A stretch of DNA of 64,000 nt, taken from Nitrospirota bacterium. Its GTDB lineage: Bacteria; Nitrospirota; UBA9217. Where the stretch lies: NCBI GenBank assembly GCA_963663225.1, contig OY760142.1, positions 2,112,001 through 2,176,000 of the forward strand, read 5' to 3'. Position 1 is the first letter of the stretch. The number at the start of each line of letters is the position of its first letter. Below are positions 39,556-49,788 of the stretch, piece by piece. The position numbers and the translations under genes are program-made. The notes under the pieces were generated by a model. The model was not told where the DNA came from. It saw only the letters and a list, made by a program, of their open reading frames with translations, and did no database searches.

Positions 39556-41478
39556 ATGGAACCTGTATCACAGCGTATTTACAAACAATTGCAAAAACGC
39601 CTGGCCGGACCTCAGGAGCTTTATCTCATTGTATCCATCGAGACGCAAAAGCTTCTGGTCTGCAACGGCGGCTCTGTTGTCGAGCAATACGACTGTTCCA
39701 CATCCCGCTTCGGCAATGGCAACCGGGAAAACTCGCTCAAAACGCCGCTCGGCCTTCATCGGATAAAGGAAAAGTTCGGGGACGACGCGCCTGCGGGCCG
39801 CGTTTTCAGGGACCGTGAGGACACGAGCGAAGACTGGGACCACAGCAAGAACGGGGACAATCTTATCCTGAGCCGCATTCTCAGGCTCGAAGGCCTTGAA
39901 GAAGGGATCAACAAGGGCGCAGGGGTCGATTCCTACGAACGCTACATCTATATCCACGGCACAGGCCGGGAGGACCTGATCGGCACTCCCTTGTCGCACG
40001 GGTGCGTGTGCATGCGGAACCTGGACGTTATCAGACTGTTCGACGCGATTCCGCAAAACACGCTTGTGTATATCGATCCGCCGCCTCTCTTTGTTAACGG
40101 CCATGCATGCAGAAACATTCATTTCACCGGTATTTTCGGCAGCGGCATGAGTGCGCTCGCGCAGTATCTTCGCTTCCAGGGCATCGCGGTCTCCGGCTCC
40201 GACCGGTTCCATACAAGTGAAGACACCGCGTTTATCCGGCGATCTCTCGAAGGGCTGGGATGCATCATCGCCCCTCAGGACGGATCGGGTGTCGGAGCAG
40301 ACACGGATGTTGTCTGTGTTTCGACCGCGATAGAAGAGTCGAATCCTGACATTGCCGTGGCGCGCAAACTGAATGTTCCGATTGTCCACCGCTCCGACCT
40401 GCTTGCTGCGATCATTGCGACGAATAAGACCATTGCCGTGGCAGGCACAAGCGGAAAGTCCACCGTGACGGCAATGATATTCGAATTCCTGACCGCGTGC
40501 GAAAAATCGCCTTCCCTGATAAGCGGCGCCGCCCTGCGCAGGCTTGAGAAAGAAGGACTCATCGGAAACGCCTGGAGCGGAGGTTCCGACCTTCTGGTGG
40601 TTGAGGCGGACGAGAGCGACGGGTCGCTGGTAAAATACCGGCCCGAGGCCGCAGTTCTGCTGAATATTTCAAAGGACCATAAAACAGTCGAGGAGATTAA
40701 AACGCTTTTCGAAACGCTGGCTGCGCAGTCTTCCTGGACAGCGCTGAACGCCGACGATCCGATTCTTGCCTCCCTTTCCGCGGCAAGCCGGTTCGGAAGA
40801 AACGGTTCAGCCTCATGGCGGCCGGACCGGGAGCAGCTTCTGCCGGACTCGGTCAAGCTTGTCAAAGACAGCGTTGAATTTCATCTGCCGCTTCCCGGCG
40901 AGCATAATCTCGAAAATCTGCGCGCCGCGCTGTGCGTCTGCGAACATTTCGGATGCGACCAGAACCTCCTTGCCGGGGCAGTCAAAAATTATGCAGGAGT
41001 CGCCCGGCGTTTCTCCGTGATCAGAACCAGGCAGAACGTATGCGTGGTCGATGACTTCGCGCACAATCCGGCAAAAATTGCCGCCGTTGTTCGCGCGGCG
41101 CGCGGGCTTTCCGACCGCATCATAGCCGTGTACCAGCCGCATGGGTTCGGCCCGACCCGGTTTCTGAAGGACGAATATATTGCCATCTTCCGGACCGCTT
41201 TCCGGCGGGATGAATCGCTCTGTCTTCTGCCGATCTATTATGCCGGCGGCACCGCGCAGAAAAATATTTCATCAGGAGACATTATCGCCGGTCTCGGCCC
41301 TGTGCCGTTTAAAGCGCACGCGGCAAGAGACCGCGATGAGCTGCTGCATAAATTGAAGGCCGACGCGCGTCCGGGGGACTGTGTCCTTGTCATGGGAGCA
41401 CGGGACCCGTCGCTGCCTGTTTTGGTGAACCGGATTGTCGAGATGTTCGGTGGGGAAATAAAGGAAGGCAATCCATGA
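39556..41478 (+). CDS. Fusion: YkuD L,D-transpeptidase/carboxypeptidase domain + MurC/Mpl-type ligase
   Basis: N-terminus TPLG...IYIHGT...SHGCVCM; C-terminus GIFGSGMSALA, GSD, GTSGKST, EADESDG, DDFAHNP, YQPH; single open frame. Confidence 0.88.
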   Translation: MEPVSQRIYKQLQKRLAGPQELYLIVSIETQKLLVCNGGSVVEQYDCSTSRFGNGNRENSLKTPLGLHRIKEKFGDDAPAGRVFRDREDTSEDWDHSKNGDNLILSRILRLEGLEEGINKGAGVDSYERYIYIHGTGREDLIGTPLSHGCVCMRNLDVIRLFDAIPQNTLVYIDPPPLFVNGHACRNIHFTGIFGSGMSALAQYLRFQGIAVSGSDRFHTSEDTAFIRRSLEGLGCIIAPQDGSGVGADTDVVCVSTAIEESNPDIAVARKLNVPIVHRSDLLAAIIATNKTIAVAGTSGKSTVTAMIFEFLTACEKSPSLISGAALRRLEKEGLIGNAWSGGSDLLVVEADESDGSLVKYRPEAAVLLNISKDHKTVEEIKTLFETLAAQSSWTALNADDPILASLSAASRFGRNGSASWRPDREQLLPDSVKLVKDSVEFHLPLPGEHNLENLRAALCVCEHFGCDQNLLAGAVKNYAGVARRFSVIRTRQNVCVVDDFAHNPAKIAAVVRAARGLSDRIIAVYQPHGFGPTRFLKDEYIAIFRTAFRRDESLCLLPIYYAGGTAQKNISSGDIIAGLGPVPFKAHAARDRDELLHKLKADARPGDCVLVMGARDPSLPVLVNRIVEMFGGEIKEGNP

Positions 41479-42302
41479 CACTCACTCTGCAATCAGCCAC
41501 GCAGCTGAACAATGGCGTCTGCATGCCCGTTCTCGGTCTGGGAGTTTATCAGATACGTTCCGGCAGGGAGTCGTACCAGGCAGTATCAACGGCCCTTGAA
41601 ATCGGTTACCGCCATATCGATACCGCGAGCTACTACGGCAATGAAGAAGATATAGGCAAGGCGGTCCGTGACAGCGCTGTCCCTCGGGAAGAAATTTTTG
41701 TCACCACCAAACTCTGGAACAGCGACCACGGTTACGATTCCGCGCTGCGGGCTTTTGATGCATCACTCAGGCGGCTGAATCTGGACTACCTTGATCTTTA
41801 TTTGATCCATTTTCCGGTCACGAGCCTGCGGAAGGAAAGCTGGCGAGCGCTCGAAAAGATACTGAAAAACGGAAGAGCCCGCGCAATCGGGGTGAGCAAT
41901 TACACGGAACGCCACCTGCAGGAACTGCTCAACCAATCGTCGATCGTGCCTGCGGTCAATCAGGTCGAATTCAGCCCGTTTCTGTATCAGCGCGACCTGC
42001 TCGAATTCTGCCGGAGGCAGGGGATACAGCTCACCGCATACGCCCCGCTTACCGAGGGCCACCGGCTGAATGATCCCCGAATAACAGCCATTGCAAAAAA
42101 GCACGGCCGCACAAACGCCCAGATCATGCTTCGGTGGGCTGTCCAGCACGAAGTGGCCGTCATTCCAAAATCCAAACATGCTGACAGAATCGCTGAGAAC
42201 GCAGACGTTTTCAGCTTCGAACTCACCAGCGAAGAGATGGCAATACTCGACCGTCTTCATGACGGCTTCCGCTGCTGTTGGGACCCGACCTCGGTTGCAT
42301 GA
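41475..42302 (+). CDS. Aldo/keto reductase
   Basis: GYRHIDTA..YGNE, FVTTKLWN, DLYLIH, IGVSN, IPKS; ATGA overlap with the upstream gene. Confidence 0.93.
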   Translation: MTLTLQSATQLNNGVCMPVLGLGVYQIRSGRESYQAVSTALEIGYRHIDTASYYGNEEDIGKAVRDSAVPREEIFVTTKLWNSDHGYDSALRAFDASLRRLNLDYLDLYLIHFPVTSLRKESWRALEKILKNGRARAIGVSNYTERHLQELLNQSSIVPAVNQVEFSPFLYQRDLLEFCRRQGIQLTAYAPLTEGHRLNDPRITAIAKKHGRTNAQIMLRWAVQHEVAVIPKSKHADRIAENADVFSFELTSEEMAILDRLHDGFRCCWDPTSVA

Positions 42303-42407
42303 CCGCTTACACTCTTCTGCCCTATGCAGCAACCCTTGTGTTTTAAAATAGAGAGTTGTAATATGCACGCTCCACGATCCTGACTCTCTTAACTCCAGGG
42401 AGTTGCA

Positions 42408-43526
42408 ATGTTCATATTCGGCATTATCCTGTTATCTGCGGTTACAGTCATACACGTCTATGTCTTATGGCGCGTCAGCACGGTTCCGTCCATCAGGCAG
42501 CGCGTAACCGGCAAAGCGTTTGTCGTCGCGGGAGTGGTACTCTGGGCCCTGTTTGTCGCAGGCCGACTCTACGGCCATAATAATCCCGGTCTTTTCGCAA
42601 TACTGCTGGAAACGGCAGGCATGGTCTGGATGGTTGTCGTGTTCCTGATCTCGGTGCCGATGCTGGCAGTGGATGCAATCACTGGCTTCGGCATGCTCAT
42701 GCCCCAGGTTGCGCGATGGATGCGGGGGGCTGCAATCGCGATCGGCATCGCGCTTTCAATCGTCGCCTTGGTCCAAGGAACCCGCCAGCCCGTGGTCGAG
42801 AACTATGAAGTGCCCCTGCCGGGGCTTCATCCCAAACTAGACGGCACGGTTATCGTCGGAGTGTCCGACATGCATCTCGGCTCCCTGCGGAAAGAACAAT
42901 GGATCAAAGAACGGGTTTCCCAGGTTCTGGCGGAGCGGCCCGACATCATTGTTCTGCTTGGCGATATTTTTGAAGGACATGATCTGCCGCCGAAAGCGTT
43001 CATTACGGAGTTGTCGAAATTAAAAGCCCCGATGGGAGTCTGGGCGGTGCTGGGCAACCATGAGTTTCACGGCGAGAATAATGACATCGGTCCCCTGTTT
43101 CAGGACGCCGGCATCACCCTGCTCAGAAATGAGAAGGCCGTACTCTTACCGGGTCTGGTGCTGGCAGGCGTGGACGATTTGACGTTCAATCGCCGCACCG
43201 GGTCGAAGGTTGACCTTGTTACCAGAGCGCTCGCGCCGCCCTCCTCCGGCGCGACCATCCTTCTTTCGCACACGCCCTGGCATGCAGACCGCGCAGCTAG
43301 CGCCGGCGCTGGTCTTATGCTCTGCGGTCATACCCATGGAGGCCAGGTCTGGCCGTTCGGATATTTCGTCAGGACAATATACCCGCTGCTCGCGGGCAGA
43401 TATGACGTGGACGGCATGACGGTCATCGTGTCCCGCGGCGCGGGTCTGTGGGGGCCGCCCATGCGGCTGTGGGAGCGGGGAGATGTTATTCGTGTGACTC
43501 TGCGGGCAAAGAAAAAGGAAGTGTAA
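42408..43526 (+). CDS. Membrane-anchored metallophosphoesterase (YkuE-like)
   Basis: Four N-terminal hydrophobic segments; SDMH, GD, GNHE, SH.P, GHTHGGQ. Confidence 0.88.
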   Translation: MFIFGIILLSAVTVIHVYVLWRVSTVPSIRQRVTGKAFVVAGVVLWALFVAGRLYGHNNPGLFAILLETAGMVWMVVVFLISVPMLAVDAITGFGMLMPQVARWMRGAAIAIGIALSIVALVQGTRQPVVENYEVPLPGLHPKLDGTVIVGVSDMHLGSLRKEQWIKERVSQVLAERPDIIVLLGDIFEGHDLPPKAFITELSKLKAPMGVWAVLGNHEFHGENNDIGPLFQDAGITLLRNEKAVLLPGLVLAGVDDLTFNRRTGSKVDLVTRALAPPSSGATILLSHTPWHADRAASAGAGLMLCGHTHGGQVWPFGYFVRTIYPLLAGRYDVDGMTVIVSRGAGLWGPPMRLWERGDVIRVTLRAKKKEV

Positions 43527-43594
43527 AAACTCCACTTCCTCATCGTGGTCTCTGACTGCTTTTTAGAGAAAGACCGGCAGCCGCTTCCTGTCCG

Positions 43595-44206
43595 TTACTT
43601 CAGGAGTTTTGCGGCGATCATGGCAACATGCCTGCCCTGATAGCGCGCGGCTGCAAGCTCATTTTCGCTCGGCAGTCGTTCGCCTTTTCCGCCCGCGATG
43701 GTCGACGCGCCATACGGCGAGCAGCCGGTGATCTCGTCGATCCTCATCTGTCCCTGGAACGCATACGGCAGACCTACAATAATCATTCCCTGATGCAGCA
43801 GCGTTGTGTGGAAACTCAGGATAGTTGATTCCTGGCCGCCGTGCTGGGTGGCCGAACTCGTGAACACGCTGCCGACCTTGCCGACCAGTTTTCCCGTTGC
43901 CCAGAGCTGTCCCGTGGCATCGAGAAACTGGCGCATCTGTCCGCACATGTTTCCGAACCTCGTCGGCGCACCGAAAATAATAGCGTCTGCAGCCGCCAGC
44001 TCATCCACCGTGCAGACCGGGATATGGGCAAAAGCCTTCTGGGCTTCAATCGCTCCCATTGCCTTCAGAATTTCCGGCGTGAGCGTCTCGGGCACCCTGC
44101 GCAAAACCGGCTCGGCACCCGGCGCTTCCTTCACGCCAGCGGCGACTGCTTCGGCCATGCGATAAATGTGGCCATACATCGAATAAAACGGAATCAAGAC
44201 CTTCAT
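43595..44206 (-). CDS. wrbA: NAD(P)H:quinone oxidoreductase WrbA
   Basis: YSMYGH, PTRFGNM, QHGGQE, SPYGA. Confidence 0.95.
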   Translation of the reverse strand: MKVLIPFYSMYGHIYRMAEAVAAGVKEAPGAEPVLRRVPETLTPEILKAMGAIEAQKAFAHIPVCTVDELAAADAIIFGAPTRFGNMCGQMRQFLDATGQLWATGKLVGKVGSVFTSSATQHGGQESTILSFHTTLLHQGMIIVGLPYAFQGQMRIDEITGCSPYGASTIAGGKGERLPSENELAAARYQGRHVAMIAAKLLK

Positions 44207-44521
44207 ATACTTCCTCCTGTAATTTGAATTTCTCCATAGTAGTATGGTTTCAAGTATAGCACCGGATGGGCAAAGAGGGGCGGAGAGAAATTAAAAAGTG
44301 TTTAACATGTTCATACCGTTTACATATTGCATCAACAACAGACATAGTGCCGTTTTTGCAAAGCACTTGACAACTTCTCGTATATCCATATAATCAACGC
44401 AGCCTCCACGATATTTTGCTCTATCACGCAGTGTGATTTTGTCAAACCAGCATTCATTAATCGGCAAAAGCCGTAAACAGCAGGCTTTTTTATAAAAACG
44501 TCATTGCAACGGGATACCAGC

Positions 44522-45613
44522 ATGAAAGATTCACCAACGCAAAACAAAACGGTTCCAGACCACAAAGACGACGCACAGATGAGAGTGGACCAAATCAACG
44601 GTTTCCAGCGGGAACTTGTTCAACTCGAACAGGAAAACGTATTACATCTGTCCGACGAAGACCGTAGGAAGGTGGAGTCCTACCATGAAGGCCTGTTGCA
44701 GCAGCTTGCAAACCAGTTCGATGTGGACACCACCAAAATGCAGAAACAGATGTCCTGGGGTATGCGTATTATTTCCTTTCTGGGCGCTGCGGCAATTTCG
44801 GCAGCGGTTTTTTTCTTCTTTTACCGGTTCTGGGGGTTGTTTTCCGTTCCAATGCAGGTTTGTGTTCTTGTGGCCGGTCCTATCCTGCTTTCGGTCGGAA
44901 TAGAAGTGGCGGCGCGGAAAGAAAAGACCCTGTACTTCTCGGCCATTATCGGCCTGGTGGCCTTTGCAGCCTTTGTGCTGAATCTGAGCATGCTTGGCCA
45001 AATATTCAACATCACACCCACTCAAAATGCTTTTCTTATTTGGGCTATTTTTGCCTTCATCCTCGCATATACCTATGGTCTGCGCATCTTGCTCGTGGCG
45101 GGTATCATCTCTCTCACCGGTTATCTCTCGGCAACAGTCGGGACCTGGAGCGGGTGCTATTGGCTTGGCTTCGGCGAACGGCCGGAAAATTTTATTGTTG
45201 CGGGGCTTGTCCTGTTTTTTATCTCCTTCATTCCCCATCGATCGTTCCGCGATTTCCCGCCGCTCTATCGATTATTTGGTCTTTTGACTGTTTTTATTGC
45301 CGTCTTTATCCTGGCGAACTGGGGCAGCATCAGTTACCTGGACATTCCGTCGAAATCGGTCGAGCATCTTTATCAGATCATCGGCTTCCTTGCGGCGGGC
45401 CTCGCCATCTGGCTCGGAATCAAGCAGCACTGGCCCGGCGTGACCAACCTCGGCAGCACCTTTTTCGCCATATTTCTGTACACGAAGTTTTATGATTGGT
45501 GGTGGAACTGGATGCCGAAGTATCTCTTCTTTCTCGTGATCGGACTTGTCGCGCTCCTGTTGCTTCTGGTTCTCAAGCGGCTCCGGGCAAGAACCCGTGA
45601 GGTGCTGCCATGA
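44522..45613 (+). CDS. DUF2157-like multi-pass membrane protein
   Basis: About 10 hydrophobic segments; LGQIFNI motif; ATGA-coupled to the next gene. Confidence 0.7.
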   Translation: MKDSPTQNKTVPDHKDDAQMRVDQINGFQRELVQLEQENVLHLSDEDRRKVESYHEGLLQQLANQFDVDTTKMQKQMSWGMRIISFLGAAAISAAVFFFFYRFWGLFSVPMQVCVLVAGPILLSVGIEVAARKEKTLYFSAIIGLVAFAAFVLNLSMLGQIFNITPTQNAFLIWAIFAFILAYTYGLRILLVAGIISLTGYLSATVGTWSGCYWLGFGERPENFIVAGLVLFFISFIPHRSFRDFPPLYRLFGLLTVFIAVFILANWGSISYLDIPSKSVEHLYQIIGFLAAGLAIWLGIKQHWPGVTNLGSTFFAIFLYTKFYDWWWNWMPKYLFFLVIGLVALLLLLVLKRLRARTREVLP

Positions 45614-46530
45614 AACGATATGGTCTTATAACGGCGATACTCCTGCTTGCGGCGGTCAACGCCCTGATACTTGCGAATGCAGCATACAACCGGTCTTCGG
45701 AATTTGAATCGGAAGTGAGTCTGACGGAGCGGGAACTCCCGGTCCATTATTCATGGAGTCCTTCCAGGAAGGAAAATACGGGGCTCTCACTGCGGCTCAA
45801 TTGGCAGGTGTATGATGCGGGGATGACTGCAAAAGGCGAACGATACCGCACACATCACATTTCCTGGTTCGACCAAGCCAAACTTGAGGCCCTTGGCTTC
45901 AATTGCTCGCGGCTGCTCTCCAGCGAAAACGCCGAGCTGTACTACAAAAAAATGCTTCCGCGAAAAACGTTCGCAGTTCTCGAATACGAGGGAAAAACCT
46001 GGCAGGAATGGCAGAATGATCATGAACAGCGCATAGAGGAAATGGAAGAAGATGTGGCGAGAGGTGAAGAAACCAAGAAAAATCTGGAGGATTTTAAAAA
46101 AGAATACCAGAGCTCGCTTATAGCAAAGTCGCGGCTGTTTGTTGTGGACGTGGGAAACAACGCTTTCCTGCTGCGTCGGAAATATCCCGATCGATCGCGC
46201 TTTATCATCACGCCTGCCAAAGTGAGTCTTTCTTATCAGCTGAAAAATACGGACGGCGCCAAACCCGCAATCGATCGTCTGAACGGAGTGATCAATGCAA
46301 TACTGATCGAGGAAATCAATGTTCCTCTCGAAAAGCGGGGAGATTTGGATCGGATTCTTACTGAGAAAAAAGGGAAGGAACATGGTACTTTTACGCCGTA
46401 CCATTATTACAGCCAGCAACAACCGCCTGCGTATATTGTTACACTCCGGTATGGGAAAAAATATGAACCGTGGATTGAGGATGTCCAGAAGATCGCGGCG
46501 CAAAGAAGTACTACGACAGAAGGGAAATAA
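45610..46530 (+). CDS. DUF4824-like membrane-anchored protein
   Basis: N-terminal anchor, LTEREL, ENTGLSLRL.W, SRLF.VD.G, G...EPWI. Confidence 0.65.
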   Translation: MKRYGLITAILLLAAVNALILANAAYNRSSEFESEVSLTERELPVHYSWSPSRKENTGLSLRLNWQVYDAGMTAKGERYRTHHISWFDQAKLEALGFNCSRLLSSENAELYYKKMLPRKTFAVLEYEGKTWQEWQNDHEQRIEEMEEDVARGEETKKNLEDFKKEYQSSLIAKSRLFVVDVGNNAFLLRRKYPDRSRFIITPAKVSLSYQLKNTDGAKPAIDRLNGVINAILIEEINVPLEKRGDLDRILTEKKGKEHGTFTPYHYYSQQQPPAYIVTLRYGKKYEPWIEDVQKIAAQRSTTTEGK

Positions 46531-46614
46531 AATTTAATCATTCCTTGCTGATAATGTGATAAGTTCTTTATTGTTTTCATATTTTGAGAAAAATATGTCT
46601 TTGGAGGGAAGAAA

Positions 46615-47364
46615 ATGTGTAAGTTTATCCTTGCGTTCTTCTGTATTTTGTTTGCCTCGTCGGCTACTATGGCTGAAACGATTGAGAAACCAGATGTGAA
46701 AGCGGGGGATACATGGAGCTACCAATACATAGTGGAAAAATCTGCGAATCAAGCGCGGAATACACCCGCACAATGGTTTGAGCGACATTATGAAGTATCT
46801 GTAATGCGTGTTTCTAAAGAAAACATCCTCTTATCGAGAAAAGAGCGAAAATCTAATCAAGGACCTATGGAAGCATTGATAGGATCCGACTTCAGCAGGT
46901 TTAGAAGCATCAATGGTGAAGAGAAGATTGTAAGCCAGCCTTTAAATTTTCCTCTTGCACCTGGAAAATCATGGAAGCTGGAATACAAGGAGGATCGTCC
47001 CAGTAATGCTGTAAAAAGCCAGGTTACTACTTTAAAATATGACGTGGTCGGATGGGAAGAAGTCGTGGTCCCGGCGGGTAAATTTAAAGCGGTAAAAATT
47101 GAAGCTTCTGGGAACTGGAAGTCAGAACTTGCTCCTTCGCAAGGTATGAGAAGCAGTGCGGAAACCACGCAAGACGGGGCAACCATAATTATGCAGGCAC
47201 AGAAAAATGTGCAAAGAACAACGGTAGGACGATTATACCGTGTCTATTGGTATGTACCGGAAACGAAAATTTACGTTAAGTCGATAGAAGAAAGTTATTT
47301 CTCAAGCGGCATGTTAAATGAACGTCGTACAGAAGAATTGGAGTCGTATAAGGTTTCTCAGTAG
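46615..47364 (+). CDS. Exported hypothetical protein
   Basis: Signal peptide; GDTWSY, FPL.PGK.W, VPAGKF.AVKIE, YWY.PE. Confidence 0.72.
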   Translation: MCKFILAFFCILFASSATMAETIEKPDVKAGDTWSYQYIVEKSANQARNTPAQWFERHYEVSVMRVSKENILLSRKERKSNQGPMEALIGSDFSRFRSINGEEKIVSQPLNFPLAPGKSWKLEYKEDRPSNAVKSQVTTLKYDVVGWEEVVVPAGKFKAVKIEASGNWKSELAPSQGMRSSAETTQDGATIIMQAQKNVQRTTVGRLYRVYWYVPETKIYVKSIEESYFSSGMLNERRTEELESYKVSQ

Positions 47365-47725
47365 GATTATTATGGACTCAAGGCCCGCTATTCACAAGAG
47401 TCATTTGTGAGGCGTATATACACTTATCTGAGCAAATTGCTATTCTTGATGCCGACATGAGCAGAAAGTTTTGGCCTCGGATGTTGCCGCAGGAAAAAGC
47501 ACTGTTCTGCAGCACTGGAAATATTCCGACCATTCACGCTTTATCATTATATTTATCGATGCCACTTTAAGCCTGATTCTGTAACCTAAAAGCAGGACTT
47601 CCAGCTTCGAACCGCCAATCCGGTGCCCGGCCATAATCGGTAATTGTTCTTTTCTCGAAGACAAATCAAGGGTATAATATATTTAGTTTCAAGATACGGC
47701 CCAGAACAGCATTGTGGAGAACTGC

Positions 47726-48523
47726 ATGAGCGAAGATCTTGCCCGCATTGTTACCCAGCTTTTTGCGAAACCGACGAACGGAAAAGAGTTGTCAGCACAG
47801 GTTCAACATCTCGGCGAAGAGATAAGAAAAGTAATTCAAAGTGAGAATACAGTATTCGGGAAATTTCTCGGACTGCTGGAGTCGTTCCGTGAGATCATTC
47901 CTGATGAACAGCAGCGATATCTTGCCGCACTCAAGGCATTGTCCACAACCTTGAAACTACCCCCCCAGGAAATCAAGAAAGCCATCAGCGGACAGCTTGA
48001 TGAACTGAAAATACTCGAGAAAGGGTTGGTGCCGACCCAGCATGCCTGGCGTGATGAGCTGAAAGGCATGGAAGCCAGGTCGCAGCAGCTTGATGGCGAA
48101 ATGACCCAGCTGCGGGAAAGAATAAAGCAGCTCGAAAGCGAGGAAAAAGCATTGCGGTCCGCCATGTCGGTGCGGGAAAAGGACATGGCATTAGCAGAGA
48201 AAACAGTGCGGGAGCTTTTTGCGAGTATAGTGGCGGAGGTAAGCGCTTTCAACAAAAAGGTGTCGGAATTAACTGTTGACGCCCCGGCAGCACAACCGGC
48301 CGCATCTTCCGCACAGGCAGTCCCGCAGATGGGATCTCAGCAGAACGTTGCCGCCGGTACGGGAAAAAGCGGCGAACAGACGGTCGAGGCAGGGGCAGCC
48401 CAAGCAAAGCAGGACACGAAATACCAAAAAAAATGCCCCCTGTGCGGGGGGCCGTTCAACCTGCTTGAGTATCAAAATATCTGGCAGTGCTATTCCTGCG
48501 CCTATGAAGAACCGAACCGTTGA
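47726..48523 (+). CDS. Coiled-coil protein with C-terminal zinc ribbon
   Basis: Heptad-rich middle region; CPLC...WQCYSC. Confidence 0.7.
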   Translation: MSEDLARIVTQLFAKPTNGKELSAQVQHLGEEIRKVIQSENTVFGKFLGLLESFREIIPDEQQRYLAALKALSTTLKLPPQEIKKAISGQLDELKILEKGLVPTQHAWRDELKGMEARSQQLDGEMTQLRERIKQLESEEKALRSAMSVREKDMALAEKTVRELFASIVAEVSAFNKKVSELTVDAPAAQPAASSAQAVPQMGSQQNVAAGTGKSGEQTVEAGAAQAKQDTKYQKKCPLCGGPFNLLEYQNIWQCYSCAYEEPNR

Positions 48524-48659
48524 GAGGCGTCTTTAAAGATAAATTTTTTCTGCAAGAGCTCGCGCGTTGATTTCTGAAAGTGCCGTTCTCTGCCGCCCGG
48601 CTATTCATATCATCTCAAAAATCTCTCAAACCTCATAATCTCTTACGATAATACGTCTC

Positions 48660-49727
48660 TTAACTGTACATCAGCTTCCGTTCAAGGTCTTTTGAACGGG
48701 AGACGCGTTTTGCCTCATCGAGAGTTATGAGCTCCGCCCTGCAGAGTTGAATGAGGTGCTGGTCCATTGTCTGCATGTGGTATTCGTCGCGCCCTTTCTC
48801 GATGTACTGCTCAATCTCGTCAAGTTTATTGTCCCGGATGCACGCCTTGATGGTAGGGGTCGCGTACATTACTTCGAGGACAGGCAGGACGGTATCCTCT
48901 GTTTTCCCCCGGATAAGTCTCATGGATATGACGGCGATAAGACTCTCCGCCAGCCGTTGCCTGACATTCTCCTGCGCCTCGGGCGGGAAATAACCAACGA
49001 TGCGGTTGATGGAAGAAGCGGTGTTATGAGTATGAAGCGTAGAAAAAACCAGATGTCCTGTCTCGGCGGCCTTGACACAGGCGTCTATGGTTTCGAGGTC
49101 GCGCATTTCTCCGACCATGATGACGTCCGGATTCATGCGCATCGCGGACCGGAGGGCAACGCTGAAGCTTTCCGTGTCGATACCTACTTCTCGCTGAATG
49201 ATACAGCTTTTGCTCGACGTGAACAGGAATTCGATCGGGTCCTCAATGGTAATGATGTTATAGTCGAAATTATCATTGACATACTTTATCATCGACGCGA
49301 GCGTCGTTGACTTGCCGTTGCCGGTCGGTCCGGTGACGAGCACCAGGCCGTTCGGGACCTGCGCAATCTTGCCGAGGACCGGGGGAAGATTCAACTGTTC
49401 GAAAGTACTTATCTGGTGGGGGATGACCCGCATGACGACGCCGATATTGCCGCGCTGCCGGAAGATGCTCACGCGGAAGCGTCCGACGTCAGCCAGGGTA
49501 TAGGCGGTATCAAATTCCCTCAAGTCATCCGGCAGTTTCCGGTTGTGTTGGGCCAGGACTGCGTTAGCGACAAACTCAGTGTCCTGCTTCGTCAGGTTCG
49601 CGAGTTTGGCGCGAATGATGTAGCCGCGCACCCGGAACATCGGGGGGTTATCGACCTCAAAATGGATGTCCGAGACTTTTTTATCGAAGGCAATGTGAAG
49701 GATCTGATTCAGTATTTCATTATTCAT
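48660..49727 (-). CDS. pilT: Type IV pilus retraction ATPase, PilT/PilU family
   Basis: SDIH, GPTGNGKSTT, TIEDPIE, QREVG.D, PDVIMVGEMRD, AETGHLV.STLH. Confidence 0.9.
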   Translation of the reverse strand: MNNEILNQILHIAFDKKVSDIHFEVDNPPMFRVRGYIIRAKLANLTKQDTEFVANAVLAQHNRKLPDDLREFDTAYTLADVGRFRVSIFRQRGNIGVVMRVIPHQISTFEQLNLPPVLGKIAQVPNGLVLVTGPTGNGKSTTLASMIKYVNDNFDYNIITIEDPIEFLFTSSKSCIIQREVGIDTESFSVALRSAMRMNPDVIMVGEMRDLETIDACVKAAETGHLVFSTLHTHNTASSINRIVGYFPPEAQENVRQRLAESLIAVISMRLIRGKTEDTVLPVLEVMYATPTIKACIRDNKLDEIEQYIEKGRDEYHMQTMDQHLIQLCRAELITLDEAKRVSRSKDLERKLMYS

Positions 49728-49788
49728 GGCGTTCTTGTACCTCCGCGTTTTCTTGTAGGTTTAAACCAACCGGTTTGCTGCCCGCTCT

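Noticed and set aside
46531-47700. AT-richer exported gene as an integron cassette
   Set aside because: No RYYYAAC...GTTRRRY attC structure or integrase seen
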